From Candidatus Helarchaeota archaeon (GTDB lineage: Archaea > Asgardarchaeota > Lokiarchaeia > Helarchaeales > RDOG01), in the NCBI GenBank assembly GCA_019058315.1, contig JAHPZH010000002.1, positions 1,037,910-1,101,909 on the forward strand: DNA of 64,000 nucleotides, in the 5' to 3' direction. A model generated the notes under the pieces. The model did not search any database and had not been told where the DNA came from. It saw only the letters and a program-made list of their open reading frames with translations. Shown piece after piece: positions 10,730 through 21,848 of this stretch. The position numbers and the translations under genes were made by a program. How positions within the stretch are numbered: position 1 is the first letter of the stretch; each line of letters opens with the position of its first letter.

Positions 10730-11320
10730 TTATTTTCTAATTTTTGGGAATAAAGCACCAGTACGCTTTTTGTATTCAATATATGGCTCTCCAAAGCGTT
10801 TGACTAAATCTTGTTCTTCATAATGAATCATAATCGGAACATAAACAACGATGAATATAATGGAGATAATTACTAAAAACCAAGAATTAATGAAAAATCC
10901 GAGTGCTATATATATAGGAAATTCTCCTAGGCTCTGAGGATGGCGAATATAATTATATATTCCCCCATATAATTTCGTTTCAGCCGAAGGTTGAAGAGTT
11001 TCTTTACCAGCATCAATTTCCCCCTTCATCATAAGGATTAAACATGGTATGAGCATTGCAATTCCAATTCCAATACCCACCCAAATATTTTCATTTACTT
11101 TCCAGTCAAGACCTGAAACTGGAAACCATATCCATAAAATCATATTAGCTGTTATAATAAACATAAAAATACCTGAAATAGATCTCAATATAGAACATTC
11201 TCTCCAAGCCGACTCACCTCTAGACTCTTTACGCTTCATGGGTTGGACACTTAAAATATATAACCATCCAAACACAAAATAACTGATAATCATTATAATT
11301 ATATTGATATATTCAATCAA
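10730..11320 (-). CDS. Isoprenylcysteine carboxyl methyltransferase (ICMT/Ste14/PEMT) family protein
   Basis: LYGGIYNYIRHPQSLG...EEQDLVKRFGEPYIEYKKRT motif plus TM helices. Confidence 0.9.
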   Translation of the reverse strand: MIEYINIIIMIISYFVFGWLYILSVQPMKRKESRGESAWRECSILRSISGIFMFIITANMILWIWFPVSGLDWKVNENIWVGIGIGIAMLIPCLILMMKGEIDAGKETLQPSAETKLYGGIYNYIRHPQSLGEFPIYIALGFFINSWFLVIISIIFIVVYVPIMIHYEEQDLVKRFGEPYIEYKKRTGALFPKIRK

Positions 11321-11426
11321 GTTTATACAACACCTATTATTTAATTGCGAATCTTAGTTAACATGTTAAAAATCTGGATATTCAAAACCGTTGTTATTTA
11401 AATATAAAAAAAAATGTTGGAATTTA

Positions 11427-11726
11427 TTATAATTGCATTAATTTTGCAGCATCTGTCATTCCCATTAATGTTTCAATTTTAGCTTTATACCCTTTAATTT
11501 CTAAAAAAGGCATAATAACTTTATTGATCTCGAATAAAGCTTCGTCCCCTTTACCTCTCTCTGTCATAATTAGATGGTAAGCCTTCATACCATCCAATCC
11601 ATCAGACGAACCAAAAGCTTGCCACTTTTTTATAAAAGGGGGTAATTTCCCTGCAGTATCAAAAAATTTTTTGCCAACCTCTTTTGTTTTGTCTCCTGGA
11701 TACCAAACAGTTAATAAAAATATCAT
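11427..11726 (-). CDS. Small hypothetical protein (DUF3303-like ferredoxin-fold candidate)
   Basis: 99 aa, GGAGATGA SD-like motif upstream; pattern MIFLLTVWYP...KWQ...GMKAYHLI. Confidence 0.65.
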   Translation of the reverse strand: MIFLLTVWYPGDKTKEVGKKFFDTAGKLPPFIKKWQAFGSSDGLDGMKAYHLIMTERGKGDEALFEINKVIMPFLEIKGYKAKIETLMGMTDAAKLMQL

Positions 11727-11833
11727 TTTATCATCTCCCGGTTTTTTACGATTTTTTAAAAAATCAAAATATCAATTTTATGATTGAATTATAATTACTT
11801 ATCTATTTAATATGAATTTTTCATACTTACTTT

Positions 11834-14149
11834 ATGTCGTTAAATTACAACAAACTTATTCTAAAATGGCAAAAATTAGGATTAGAAGGATTAAAAGAGG
11901 AGCTTATGACTGATGGTAGTCAAGAAGCTCAGATAATATTAAATATATTAAATATGTGTTCATCTATTCTAGAAAAATATCCTGAGCAATTACCAAGCCA
12001 ACTTGTCGCGAATTTTAGAGATCCTAAAGATAATTTTATATTAGATTTCGCTTTAGAAGTAGCAAAAGCTGATAATATAACTTGGCTTATGCCAATTGCC
12101 CCATTTCCACCAACTGAAGAAGCTTGTGTGGCAACATTACATAAACATTCCAATTTTGTAGGGTCTATAGTATGTCTAAGTAATACTGAATTCATCTCTT
12201 CATCAGAAGACGGAACTATGAGAGTTTGGGACCTAGATACGAAACAAAACACAAAAATTTTAACTGAACATACAATGCCAATTAATTGGATGCACTATAC
12301 TCCTGGTAAAAAGCATTTATTATCTGCATCTGATGATTACACTGTAAAAATATGGAATATCTCAGATTGGACTGTGTGGCGTACTCTTAAAGGACATAGC
12401 GATTATGTTAGTAAAGTATCAGAAACTAATACAGATCTTATTGTTTCAATATCTAGAGATCAAACTGTTAAAGTTTGGAATTTTAACAGTGGAGCATGTT
12501 TGCATACGTTGGAGGGTCATAATTCATGGGTATATTGCTTAGCAGTCGCTCCGGACGGTTCTCGCGCTATAACAGCATCAGTTAATAGCACAATGATAGT
12601 TTGGGATTTAATATCTGGTAAAAATCTTAGAAATATTGTTGATGGTGGTGGAGACGTTACCTATATCGCGGGATTAATTTTAGGTGGGTCAAATTATTCT
12701 GAAAAAGGGCATAAAGAATATCCTCTTTATGCTCAATGGTTAGATGATGGACGTATAATTTCTGCATCGAAGGATATAATTATTTGGAATGATAGTAATT
12801 ATACCATTGCAAAGCGACTGGATGGTCATCCATGGAAAATACATGGTTTTGTTTTAAGTCATAATAAAAAATATCTAATCTCAGTTGCAAATAGTATAAA
12901 AATCTGGGATTTAGAAACTGGGAAAAATATTATATCTCTAATAGGGCATAACAAGGAAGAGATTTACAGTATTGCAATAACCCCTAATGAAAAATATGTA
13001 TTAACTGGAGATAAAAAAGGCATAATTAAGATTTGGGATTTAGAATCATTATTCTCTAAAGATCGAGTAACCGGTCATACAAGTTGGGCTGGGTCAATAT
13101 CAATATCACCCGATGGTAATCTCGTTGCCACAGGTGGTTATGATGAAACTGCAGTTATTTGGGATGTTAAAACTGGTAAACCTCGTCATCATTTAAAAGG
13201 ACATTCAGGAATGGGTGTTAATATAATAGGGTTCCGCTCTAACGGAAAGGAATTACTCACTTCAAGTTCTGGTGAGATGAGAATCTGGAATACCGAGAAC
13301 GGGGAACTACTAAAAAAAGTTAATTATGCCATTAATTTATTTACAATCGATAACTCTTTAATTTTAGAAGGAGAAAAACAAGTTTTTTGTACAAATATGA
13401 GTTATCGTCCAACTCTTTGGGATCTTGAAAAAGGAAAAGTCAATTCTTTTGAATTAAAATTCGGATTTACATTTAATATTTGTGTATCCCAAGATGGTCA
13501 TTATTTACTTGCGTGTTCCTACCCTACTAATTTACTTGATGAAGGATATGTTGCTAAACCTGAACCAAATTTTAGTCCAGTTTATCTCTGGGATTTAAAA
13601 GAAAATAAAGTTATTCGAGAATTCTGGTTTGTGAAACAAAAAATCGAAAAAGCGGATGCGCAAGATACCGAGGAAATTAAAATCTACCCAACTAAAGTTA
13701 CTTTTAGTTCTAAAGAAGATAAAGTTATTGCTGGCTTCTCTAATGGCTATTTATGTATTTGGAAAAGAGATTCTGGAGAAATTATTAAATTTTTTAAAGC
13801 TTCAAATGATTATTTTTCAAATTTTTTCTTGACATTTGATGAAAAAATCGCTACATTCGGACAAAATGATAATTTAATAAGAATTTGGAGTTTGGAAGAT
13901 TACAAAATCTCACGTACAATTCCAATTCTTGGTCCTAAACTAAATAATGCGACTATCTCAGAAGATAGGAAAATAATAGCTGGTGTAATAGAAAAGAATA
14001 CAATTGTTCTCGTAGATTTAAAAGAAAATAAAGTGATTTCCACTCTTACTTTACCGAAACCAATAAATGAATTAAAATTTTCAGAAAATAGACTTTTTGT
14101 TGCTACAAGTGACGGTTTACTTTATGGTTTTGAAATAATTCAACAATAA
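11834..14149 (+). CDS. WD40 repeat protein (probable double propeller) with N-terminal APAF-1-type helical segment
   Basis: Many GH...WD repeats (e.g. LKGHSDYVSKV...DQTVKVWNF); N-terminal ~100 aa contains SILEKYPEQLPSQL...WLMPIAP. Confidence 0.9.
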   Translation: MSLNYNKLILKWQKLGLEGLKEELMTDGSQEAQIILNILNMCSSILEKYPEQLPSQLVANFRDPKDNFILDFALEVAKADNITWLMPIAPFPPTEEACVATLHKHSNFVGSIVCLSNTEFISSSEDGTMRVWDLDTKQNTKILTEHTMPINWMHYTPGKKHLLSASDDYTVKIWNISDWTVWRTLKGHSDYVSKVSETNTDLIVSISRDQTVKVWNFNSGACLHTLEGHNSWVYCLAVAPDGSRAITASVNSTMIVWDLISGKNLRNIVDGGGDVTYIAGLILGGSNYSEKGHKEYPLYAQWLDDGRIISASKDIIIWNDSNYTIAKRLDGHPWKIHGFVLSHNKKYLISVANSIKIWDLETGKNIISLIGHNKEEIYSIAITPNEKYVLTGDKKGIIKIWDLESLFSKDRVTGHTSWAGSISISPDGNLVATGGYDETAVIWDVKTGKPRHHLKGHSGMGVNIIGFRSNGKELLTSSSGEMRIWNTENGELLKKVNYAINLFTIDNSLILEGEKQVFCTNMSYRPTLWDLEKGKVNSFELKFGFTFNICVSQDGHYLLACSYPTNLLDEGYVAKPEPNFSPVYLWDLKENKVIREFWFVKQKIEKADAQDTEEIKIYPTKVTFSSKEDKVIAGFSNGYLCIWKRDSGEIIKFFKASNDYFSNFFLTFDEKIATFGQNDNLIRIWSLEDYKISRTIPILGPKLNNATISEDRKIIAGVIEKNTIVLVDLKENKVISTLTLPKPINELKFSENRLFVATSDGLLYGFEIIQQ

Positions 14150-14475
14150 ATCAAGAGTATATATTGAATTTGTAGTCAAAAATTATTATTTTTTTATAGC
14201 GAATTTGCTACTATTTTATAAAATATTGACATATATGCAATAATTTAATTTTTATTCTGTCCCAATGGAATATATTTCTAATTGAACTTTGTCTCACTGA
14301 GTTATATTGGACAATTCGCAAATAACAACTCTCAAACTATTGAGTTTCGCAAAGAAATATTTTTATTTCATTGCTAAAAACTGTTATTCACAAATAATTT
14401 TCAATTATAAAGAGAGATCATTGAAAATTTTTCATTTGAATCATTAAAATTCAATTTAATTACAACCTAATTTTT

Positions 14476-17400
14476 GTGGGAAGAAATATGATTAATAAAA
14501 AAAATAAAATGAAATTTATAGGCATATTACTGATTTTCATCATGATTACTCCAATTGGGATTACTACATACCAAACATCTCTCGTAATAAATCAAGACGA
14601 TACTTTAAACAATAATTTTGAGAAATATTTAAATCTAAAATTATTAAATGAAAAACAATCACCTCAAGATAATTCTAAAACGACTCAACCGAACGTTCCC
14701 AATCTAGATTTTACCGATCCAACTCAAAATTCGGATAATACTGAACATAATTACGAAAGTCCTTATATTGATACGTCAATGATGAATAAAACTACGTATT
14801 ACGACTCGTCTGCTCTTGACCTACTGTATCAACAAATAATTAATGGAGAATTCAGTCTGGAACAAGCTTTCATTCAAAGCCAAGGAATGACCACTGAATA
14901 TACTGAGAAATATACAAATGAAACTCATACAGTCATTAATAGAACAATATCTGTTATTAATAATGATCCGATTAATATAGAAGATGCAATAATTAAAGCA
15001 ATTCCAACTGATTTAATTGATGATTTCCAAATTATTAAAAAACAAGAAGTAACTGATTACAATAAACATTTTATATCATTAGAAATGGCTAAAAACTTAG
15101 AATCTCTTATAAAACAAAACATTATTAACTGTTCCATAGACATTTTAGAATTTCAACAGTCAATTGAAAAAATTCTTAATGATACAATTTTAATAGCGAG
15201 TGTAAAGTATTTTCCAAAAAATGGTTTTAATAATAACAATCCTATAATTTCCAAATTATTATATGATACTTCTCAAACTCGTATCTTATTTGATTGTTTT
15301 ACTTCAAACATTATGAAGCCAAGACTAGATAACCGAAGTATTCTTCTAATATCTTCAAATAGTATGAAAAACAAAATTGATTTAGAGATTTCCGATACTG
15401 GGAATATTGGAGCAGATTTTCTTGGAACGTTTGTCTATTTTTCCTCTTTTAGTGCTAAATTTAAAGGGGATATTGTAATTGATCCTAATGGTTTTGTTTA
15501 TCAATCACAGCTTGGTGAAATTTCAATAAAAAATACTACAATTGCAAATATTAGTGGAAAAGTGAGTAAATCGGTGGATTTAGTATCTATATTCGTATAT
15601 TGGCCAATTCTTCTCATCCCAATTGTTAATAGTATTTTTACTGCTTGGTTTGCTGGAGCCCAAAATCAGATAATTTCTCGTTCATTCACTACATCTGTTT
15701 CATTTGAACCAAATTTTAACACTAATGATAATGCAAATATAATTACTATTTCTAAAGACTTAGGTTCTGGGGCAGGGGGTGCAGAAGTCCCTGTATCTGA
15801 AAGTATTATCATAAATCGAGATGTGAATGATAATAATACCCTAATTGGGGAATTATACTTTACTTTAGAACTATCTGGGACGTTAGGAGATATCATTTTA
15901 TCAGAACCTGTCTCAAAAATCACAATTTTTAATCAAATTGATGATACACTACAATATCTCAGAACTTGGAAAGATCCAACGATTGATATTGCAATAACGG
16001 ATGCAATTGTGGTTACTAAGACTAATGATCTAAATGTAATTGTCTTTAACAACATGGTAAGTCCAGATCAATTAGCTCTTAGGAACATTGAAATTGAATT
16101 GTCAATAGAAAACGAAACAAATTCCGATTCACTTCGATTTACAATGGATAATTTAACAAGCTTTAATTATATTATTAATGAATTAACAACTGCTTTTTGC
16201 ATGAATACTACAAAAATTGTCCCAAAGAATTTATCAAAAACAACTATAAAAGCACGAATAGTTTCATATCAATTATTTATTCATGGTTCTACAATTGATG
16301 TAACTTTAAATAATAATCTTGGAACTATTTCTGTTGTAAAAACTATAACAATATTAAATGAAACTGCAGATCCTCAAATATTTCATATTAGTGGGGATTA
16401 TAAAAAACAAGATACCCCTAATGATTTTTCAGAACCTGGTGAGGGTTTTGAAATAACAATCCAAATAAAAAATGTTGGTTTCAAACCATGTAAGAACCTT
16501 AAACTTTTAGTTTACTTCAGAAGAAGTGGAGAAGAGTATAATCTACCAATAGTATTAAATTATATGACTTACTTAGCCGAAAATTCAACTGGAATTTTAG
16601 AAAATTATACTTTATCTTTGACCTTAGTTGATACTTATTTTATTAGATTTGGATTTAATTTTGAATATAACTCTTCCCAAGGACCCATAAACATAACTAA
16701 AACAAATTTTGATCCCCTAGAACTGCCAGATGAAACAATAGATATTGAAAAAAACATATCAATTAGTAATAATCCAACAATTCTTATATCTTTTTCAAGT
16801 GGGGATGGTTATGAAGAATTGTCTGTAAATTTGAAAAATAATGCACAATCTGTCAATTTATATTTTGATACAAGTGTTCAACAGACTTATGTTAAGAAAA
16901 TTTATGAAGGTTTAACTATTGATGATGTACTGGGAGCAATATTTGGCTTTGTAGGAGATGTAATTGATGAAGTATTTGAGCCTATGCTTCCCACACCTGG
17001 ATATGATGAAAATCCAGCTTCTTACACTTTGAAACTTATTAAAAAATTATTAGAAATGAAATTTATATCTGAAGAAGCTAAGAATAAGGCAGGAATTCAA
17101 GGTTTTGCAATTGATTTAGGGATTAGAGCAGGTTTTACAATATTATATTACCTTCTTTATGGGTTTTCGCAAGTTCTTGAAGTAAAGGACTTAAGAAGCA
17201 AAAATCTATTTCCAATTTCGATGGTTAATTTTACTAATTATCAACAAAATATCACTTTAAGTGAAAGACTGATTTTTAAAGATTGGCAGATTACTGATCC
17301 GAAGGGATGGTGGCTCTGGTATTGGACTACTGGATATACTAAGATAGAAGAGACTTTAAAGTTTACATTTCATGTTTATGATGAATATGGGAATAATTAT

Positions 17401-20400
17401 AACCCAGATGTTGAAACAACCGCTCATAATAAAGCAACTTATCCGGATAAAGCTACTCATAGTTATGATGGTACGATTAAAACTGTTGATAATGTCAATA
17501 TTAACATAAATGTTGCAGATTTTTGGAAAACTATAGCTGATATTAGACTTGGACAATGGCTAGATTTCTTAATAGCATCTTCAACAATAATTGTAGAGGT
17601 AATTTTAGTATGTTTGCCATTTGGTATTGGGGCATTTTTTTCACCTTTATTAATGCCACATATAATAGGAAATGCAATTAGTGCTGCTATTTCTATTGCA
17701 GTATGTGGTGTTATGACATTAATTGTTCTTTTTGACCCTGATGAAAATTATACAAATGTAGTCGAACCTATACCATATCCAATTCAAGAAATGTTTCTAA
17801 ATGATTCCCAATCTGCACTAGCAGCGGAAAGAGCAGAAATTCTTTCCAATATTTATGGTTATATAAATGCTTCAAAAATTACAAATTTTAGAATGACAGC
17901 CGCTAAAAATGACTTTAATAGTACCTACATTGATTTACAAGCGAATGCTCTATTAAATTTTACAGAAAAAATTGATTTCTACTGTAATGACCTATTAATT
18001 AATGCACTATTACATGATAGTGGGAATAAAACAATAATAGATAACCAAACTGCTGAAGAAACAGCCGAATTTATAAAGGAAAACGGTATTACTCCAGATT
18101 TAGAACAAAAATTAAAACCTTTAGAAGATGATGCACAAGAGGCCATGAATCCTAGTGATTATCCAACAAATATAACTGAATTTAATTCAACGGACTTTTT
18201 TGAAGAAGAATTTACTTCTAAAATAAATAAGACTATGGTACAACAAATCTTAAATAATTCTTTAAGTTTAAATGAGACTCTAAAATTTGTTTTTAAAGTC
18301 AAAGCTTTCTCTTCTTATCTACGTCAAGAAGCTTTTAATGGTAAAATTTACATTGAAACACAAATAAATAATGAGACGGTTAGTGATCTTTCTCCTTCAC
18401 AACAATCAAACTTAACTTATTGGAACTCCTCACTACTAAACGCTCTGAATGACCATAATTACACTAATTTACAATATTATATGGAAGAATTAAATGATAC
18501 TATTTGGGATATTCTCCTCACTACAAATAATGGCTCAATTGTTCCATATTATGAAAAAGTAGTCAGTGCAAAATACAATCTGATTAATCAAATAAGATTT
18601 ACTTCTATAAATTACCCAAATCTTATTGTTTTAGACAAAACCAAGGAAAAATCGTATGAGAACTATTCCTTTAGTGTGATGAATTCTGGCTTTCTAAATA
18701 CCACTTTCAAAGCAGAAATGATTTCATTTCCGTCCGAGTTCTCAACAGACTTTGTGGCAAATCAATTCTATCTTGGCAGAAATGACCGAATAATACAAAA
18801 TTTTACGATATCTTTACCCAATAATACTATTCTTAATAAAACAAATTATGAATTTCAAATCAAGATTTCATCTTTAATAAATCCAAATATATATGAGATT
18901 CTTAATTATTCAGTTGAAATCGCCAATTATGACTTTGAGGCTAGAATAATTGATGTTATTGATTCAATTCAACCTGGTGATAAAGCAAAATATTTACTTG
19001 AAATTGAAAATCTAGGAAACACATATGACATTTATGAAATATCATATTCTGGTACTCTACCAGAAGACTGGTTCACTCATCCAGTAGAATTATTTATGAT
19101 GGATGATAATGCTGATAATTATTCAATATTAGTCGATGTTCCTCGCTTACCTACCTCAACACCTGGGCTTTATACATGTTTCATTAATATTCAGTCATTT
19201 TATAACTCAAGTTTGAATAAATCGTATCAATTTAATGTAGAAATATTACCATATTATGAATTTAGTTCTTATATTGAACTATTAAATAATGCAATAGAAC
19301 CTGGTGATTCATTTCTATTTAATCTCTCAATTTATAATTTTGGAAATACAATAGAAACTTATTCCTTAGAGATTCTTAACCTTCCTGATGGTTGGTCTTT
19401 AAATACAACGTCCGTTACTCTATCTCCAAACGAAAGTAAATCAATGATTGTAGCTTTGGATGTGATTAGGAATTACACCATACAACCTCTTAATTATTCT
19501 TTACAATTCAGATTAAATTCTACAAGTTTAGCAGATTATTACGATGAATTTGGCTTTACAGTTAAAATTATACCGTTTGTTGATTTGATTTATGAAATAA
19601 CACCATTAACTCTTCAGGTCCCTGTCGATTCACAGACTGGAATTTATAAAGTTAAAATTACAAATATGGGAAATATTCCTGAAAATATCAGCTTTACTTG
19701 TTCTCAACAACCTGCTAATTCATGGTTAACCCCCCTTGACACAGTGGAATTAGATATATTAGAAAGTGTTACATTAATACTCAATTTAACAGTACCAAAA
19801 TCTTGGGATTCATTTGCAGGTGGATATAATTTCACTTTAGATATCCAAATGGAAAATTATAATAAAATCGATTCAAAATATTTTGAATTTACCGTTTTAC
19901 CATTTTATGATTTTACATTGAACTATAATCCACTAAGTTTTACTATAGATCCTGGAGATTCAAATGATATAATATTTCAAATAGGAAACTTAGGAAATAT
20001 TGCTACCACATTCGACATAAAAGATTTAATTGGTTTATCATCAGATTGGTATTCGATAAATAATCTGCCTATAACTCTAGATCCTGGTCAAAATTCTACA
20101 TTTACAGTAAGTGTTTCTCCACCCCGTTCTCCCTATACTACTCCTGGAACTTACTCATTTTCAGGTAAAGTGTACGTATTAGAAGATAATGCTGTCTTTA
20201 AGACCTTTTTAACAACTATAACAATCTTACCTTTCGCAGAATTCGATTATTCGATCGAACCATCATCCCTAGAGATATTTATGGGGTATTCAAAAGAAGT
20301 GGAAATCTCTATAACTAATCTTGGTAATATAAATGACACTTTTATGATAGATTTGTCATTTAACAATTCTCTAGTTGAAAATTTCACGCAGATAGATGCA

Positions 20401-21246
20401 ACAGAAGTCAATTTATCAATAGATTCTTCAAAAACTATTAAATTAACTATAACTGTTCCCTTAATGCCTCTAATTGAAGATATAAACGGATTAATTAAAG
20501 TAAATATCTCTTCAGTATTCGATCCATCAATTTCTGCCGAATCGGAAATTACACTCAAAATTATCGCCTCTCCAATCGGAATGTTACAATATGTAATACT
20601 AAAACTCCAGGAATTAAAGAATTACGCAAAAGATAACTTTTCAGAATGTTTAAGTAAAAAAGTTATATGTAAACTTAATATTTCGGAGAAATTTTTAGAC
20701 ATGGCTATCTGTGCATACAATAAATGTTATGAAACTACATCTATTATATTTGAAATGGTTTCGGAAGCTTTACTAAGTATCTCAGAATTATACCTAGATT
20801 TAGCAGAATTGTTCAATTGCATTGACTATAATATAACAAATCCATTCCATACGAAATTATACTTAATCTACTCACAAATAACTTTAATCAAAGCTAGAAC
20901 TATAGATACAAATATTGCGTATGAAATAGCAGAAGTAAAAATTAATATGTTAAATATTGCTCTTTGGATAAAGACCGGACAGAACTTTTGGCTAGAATTA
21001 TTAAATTACCTAAAAATTAAAAGTATAATTCTCGCACTTGATGTAGCACTACTAATGCAATCGTTAAATAATTCACAAGCAACCTATAATAATCTTTATT
21101 CAGCTAGCTACAAAATCTCATGTACAATTTCAAGTATTAGCTTTCTCTCCTTATTTAATCTAATAGATGAAGAAACAAAGGAGTACTTAATAACTAATTT
21201 AGAAATGAATAAGGCTTTAATTGAAGAGATTTCAGGTCAAATTTAA
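14476..21246 (+). CDS. Very large secreted/surface protein with CARDB/NEW3-like Ig repeats
   Basis: Signal-like KKNKMKFIGILLIFIMI (true start probably ATG 14488 or 14509); ~6 repeats with I-x-N-x-G-N...P-x-x-W in aa ~1390-2030; many N-x-S/T sequons; helical C-terminus. Confidence 0.85.
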   Translation: MGRNMINKKNKMKFIGILLIFIMITPIGITTYQTSLVINQDDTLNNNFEKYLNLKLLNEKQSPQDNSKTTQPNVPNLDFTDPTQNSDNTEHNYESPYIDTSMMNKTTYYDSSALDLLYQQIINGEFSLEQAFIQSQGMTTEYTEKYTNETHTVINRTISVINNDPINIEDAIIKAIPTDLIDDFQIIKKQEVTDYNKHFISLEMAKNLESLIKQNIINCSIDILEFQQSIEKILNDTILIASVKYFPKNGFNNNNPIISKLLYDTSQTRILFDCFTSNIMKPRLDNRSILLISSNSMKNKIDLEISDTGNIGADFLGTFVYFSSFSAKFKGDIVIDPNGFVYQSQLGEISIKNTTIANISGKVSKSVDLVSIFVYWPILLIPIVNSIFTAWFAGAQNQIISRSFTTSVSFEPNFNTNDNANIITISKDLGSGAGGAEVPVSESIIINRDVNDNNTLIGELYFTLELSGTLGDIILSEPVSKITIFNQIDDTLQYLRTWKDPTIDIAITDAIVVTKTNDLNVIVFNNMVSPDQLALRNIEIELSIENETNSDSLRFTMDNLTSFNYIINELTTAFCMNTTKIVPKNLSKTTIKARIVSYQLFIHGSTIDVTLNNNLGTISVVKTITILNETADPQIFHISGDYKKQDTPNDFSEPGEGFEITIQIKNVGFKPCKNLKLLVYFRRSGEEYNLPIVLNYMTYLAENSTGILENYTLSLTLVDTYFIRFGFNFEYNSSQGPINITKTNFDPLELPDETIDIEKNISISNNPTILISFSSGDGYEELSVNLKNNAQSVNLYFDTSVQQTYVKKIYEGLTIDDVLGAIFGFVGDVIDEVFEPMLPTPGYDENPASYTLKLIKKLLEMKFISEEAKNKAGIQGFAIDLGIRAGFTILYYLLYGFSQVLEVKDLRSKNLFPISMVNFTNYQQNITLSERLIFKDWQITDPKGWWLWYWTTGYTKIEETLKFTFHVYDEYGNNYNPDVETTAHNKATYPDKATHSYDGTIKTVDNVNININVADFWKTIADIRLGQWLDFLIASSTIIVEVILVCLPFGIGAFFSPLLMPHIIGNAISAAISIAVCGVMTLIVLFDPDENYTNVVEPIPYPIQEMFLNDSQSALAAERAEILSNIYGYINASKITNFRMTAAKNDFNSTYIDLQANALLNFTEKIDFYCNDLLINALLHDSGNKTIIDNQTAEETAEFIKENGITPDLEQKLKPLEDDAQEAMNPSDYPTNITEFNSTDFFEEEFTSKINKTMVQQILNNSLSLNETLKFVFKVKAFSSYLRQEAFNGKIYIETQINNETVSDLSPSQQSNLTYWNSSLLNALNDHNYTNLQYYMEELNDTIWDILLTTNNGSIVPYYEKVVSAKYNLINQIRFTSINYPNLIVLDKTKEKSYENYSFSVMNSGFLNTTFKAEMISFPSEFSTDFVANQFYLGRNDRIIQNFTISLPNNTILNKTNYEFQIKISSLINPNIYEILNYSVEIANYDFEARIIDVIDSIQPGDKAKYLLEIENLGNTYDIYEISYSGTLPEDWFTHPVELFMMDDNADNYSILVDVPRLPTSTPGLYTCFINIQSFYNSSLNKSYQFNVEILPYYEFSSYIELLNNAIEPGDSFLFNLSIYNFGNTIETYSLEILNLPDGWSLNTTSVTLSPNESKSMIVALDVIRNYTIQPLNYSLQFRLNSTSLADYYDEFGFTVKIIPFVDLIYEITPLTLQVPVDSQTGIYKVKITNMGNIPENISFTCSQQPANSWLTPLDTVELDILESVTLILNLTVPKSWDSFAGGYNFTLDIQMENYNKIDSKYFEFTVLPFYDFTLNYNPLSFTIDPGDSNDIIFQIGNLGNIATTFDIKDLIGLSSDWYSINNLPITLDPGQNSTFTVSVSPPRSPYTTPGTYSFSGKVYVLEDNAVFKTFLTTITILPFAEFDYSIEPSSLEIFMGYSKEVEISITNLGNINDTFMIDLSFNNSLVENFTQIDATEVNLSIDSSKTIKLTITVPLMPLIEDINGLIKVNISSVFDPSISAESEITLKIIASPIGMLQYVILKLQELKNYAKDNFSECLSKKVICKLNISEKFLDMAICAYNKCYETTSIIFEMVSEALLSISELYLDLAELFNCIDYNITNPFHTKLYLIYSQITLIKARTIDTNIAYEIAEVKINMLNIALWIKTGQNFWLELLNYLKIKSIILALDVALLMQSLNNSQATYNNLYSASYKISCTISSISFLSLFNLIDEETKEYLITNLEMNKALIEEISGQI

Positions 21247-21531
21247 AAATTCCTTCTTTTTTTAATTATAAATTTAAAAGATATATTTAACATCTTAAAT
21301 ATCCCAAATTTCACCAATATAATTTATTTTAAGAAATAAATTACCTTTTAGAAAATTTTACTTGTCCTATTTCCTCACTTTTTATATTTAGTATGAAAAA
21401 TAATTTATAATAAATTTAATAATTAATAAAGTCTGTAAGAATTAATTATTTAAATTGAGATATTGATAGATTAATCTATTTAATTTATTTATAAAGTCGA
21501 TTCTAGTAATATTAGGAGTTGAATAATTAAA

Positions 21532-21705
21532 TTGAAAAAAGAAATTGATATTCCCGAGGAGTTAGGAGAAATTATCATTAAATTTATCGACTCACACTCA
21601 AATTTTAATAATTTAAACGAATTTGCTAAAGCAGCATTTGAATCTTTTTTACAAAATGATGAATTTTTACAGAGTAAAATAACCGCTCTCGATAAAACGA
21701 AATAA
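21532..21705 (+). CDS. Ribbon-helix-helix (CopG-like) small DNA-binding protein, 57 aa
   Basis: Manually translated: TTG-KKEIDIPEELGEIIIKFIDSHSNFNNLNEFAKAAFESFLQ...; AGGAG upstream; fits the RHH pattern I-x-I-P-E-E-L...EF-x-x-x-A. Not in the ORF track, whose shortest entries are 60 aa. Confidence 0.65.
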   Translation: MKKEIDIPEELGEIIIKFIDSHSNFNNLNEFAKAAFESFLQNDEFLQSKITALDKTK

Positions 21706-21848
21706 AGGAATAAAGAGTAAGATTTTTACTAAAGGATAAATTTTAATTTGTAGAAATTATTTAATTTTAAAATTAAATAAAAATAATATAAAAAAAGAAA
21801 AAAGTTTGAAAAATCTCGGGAAAAATTGGAGAATAAGGTTTTTAATAG

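Noticed and set aside
3540-11320. Prenyltransferase-like repeats near an ICMT-family gene as a CAAX prenylation pathway
   Set aside because: Not operonic; the repeats are predicted extracellular, and ICMT/PEMT-family genes are widespread in prokaryotes.
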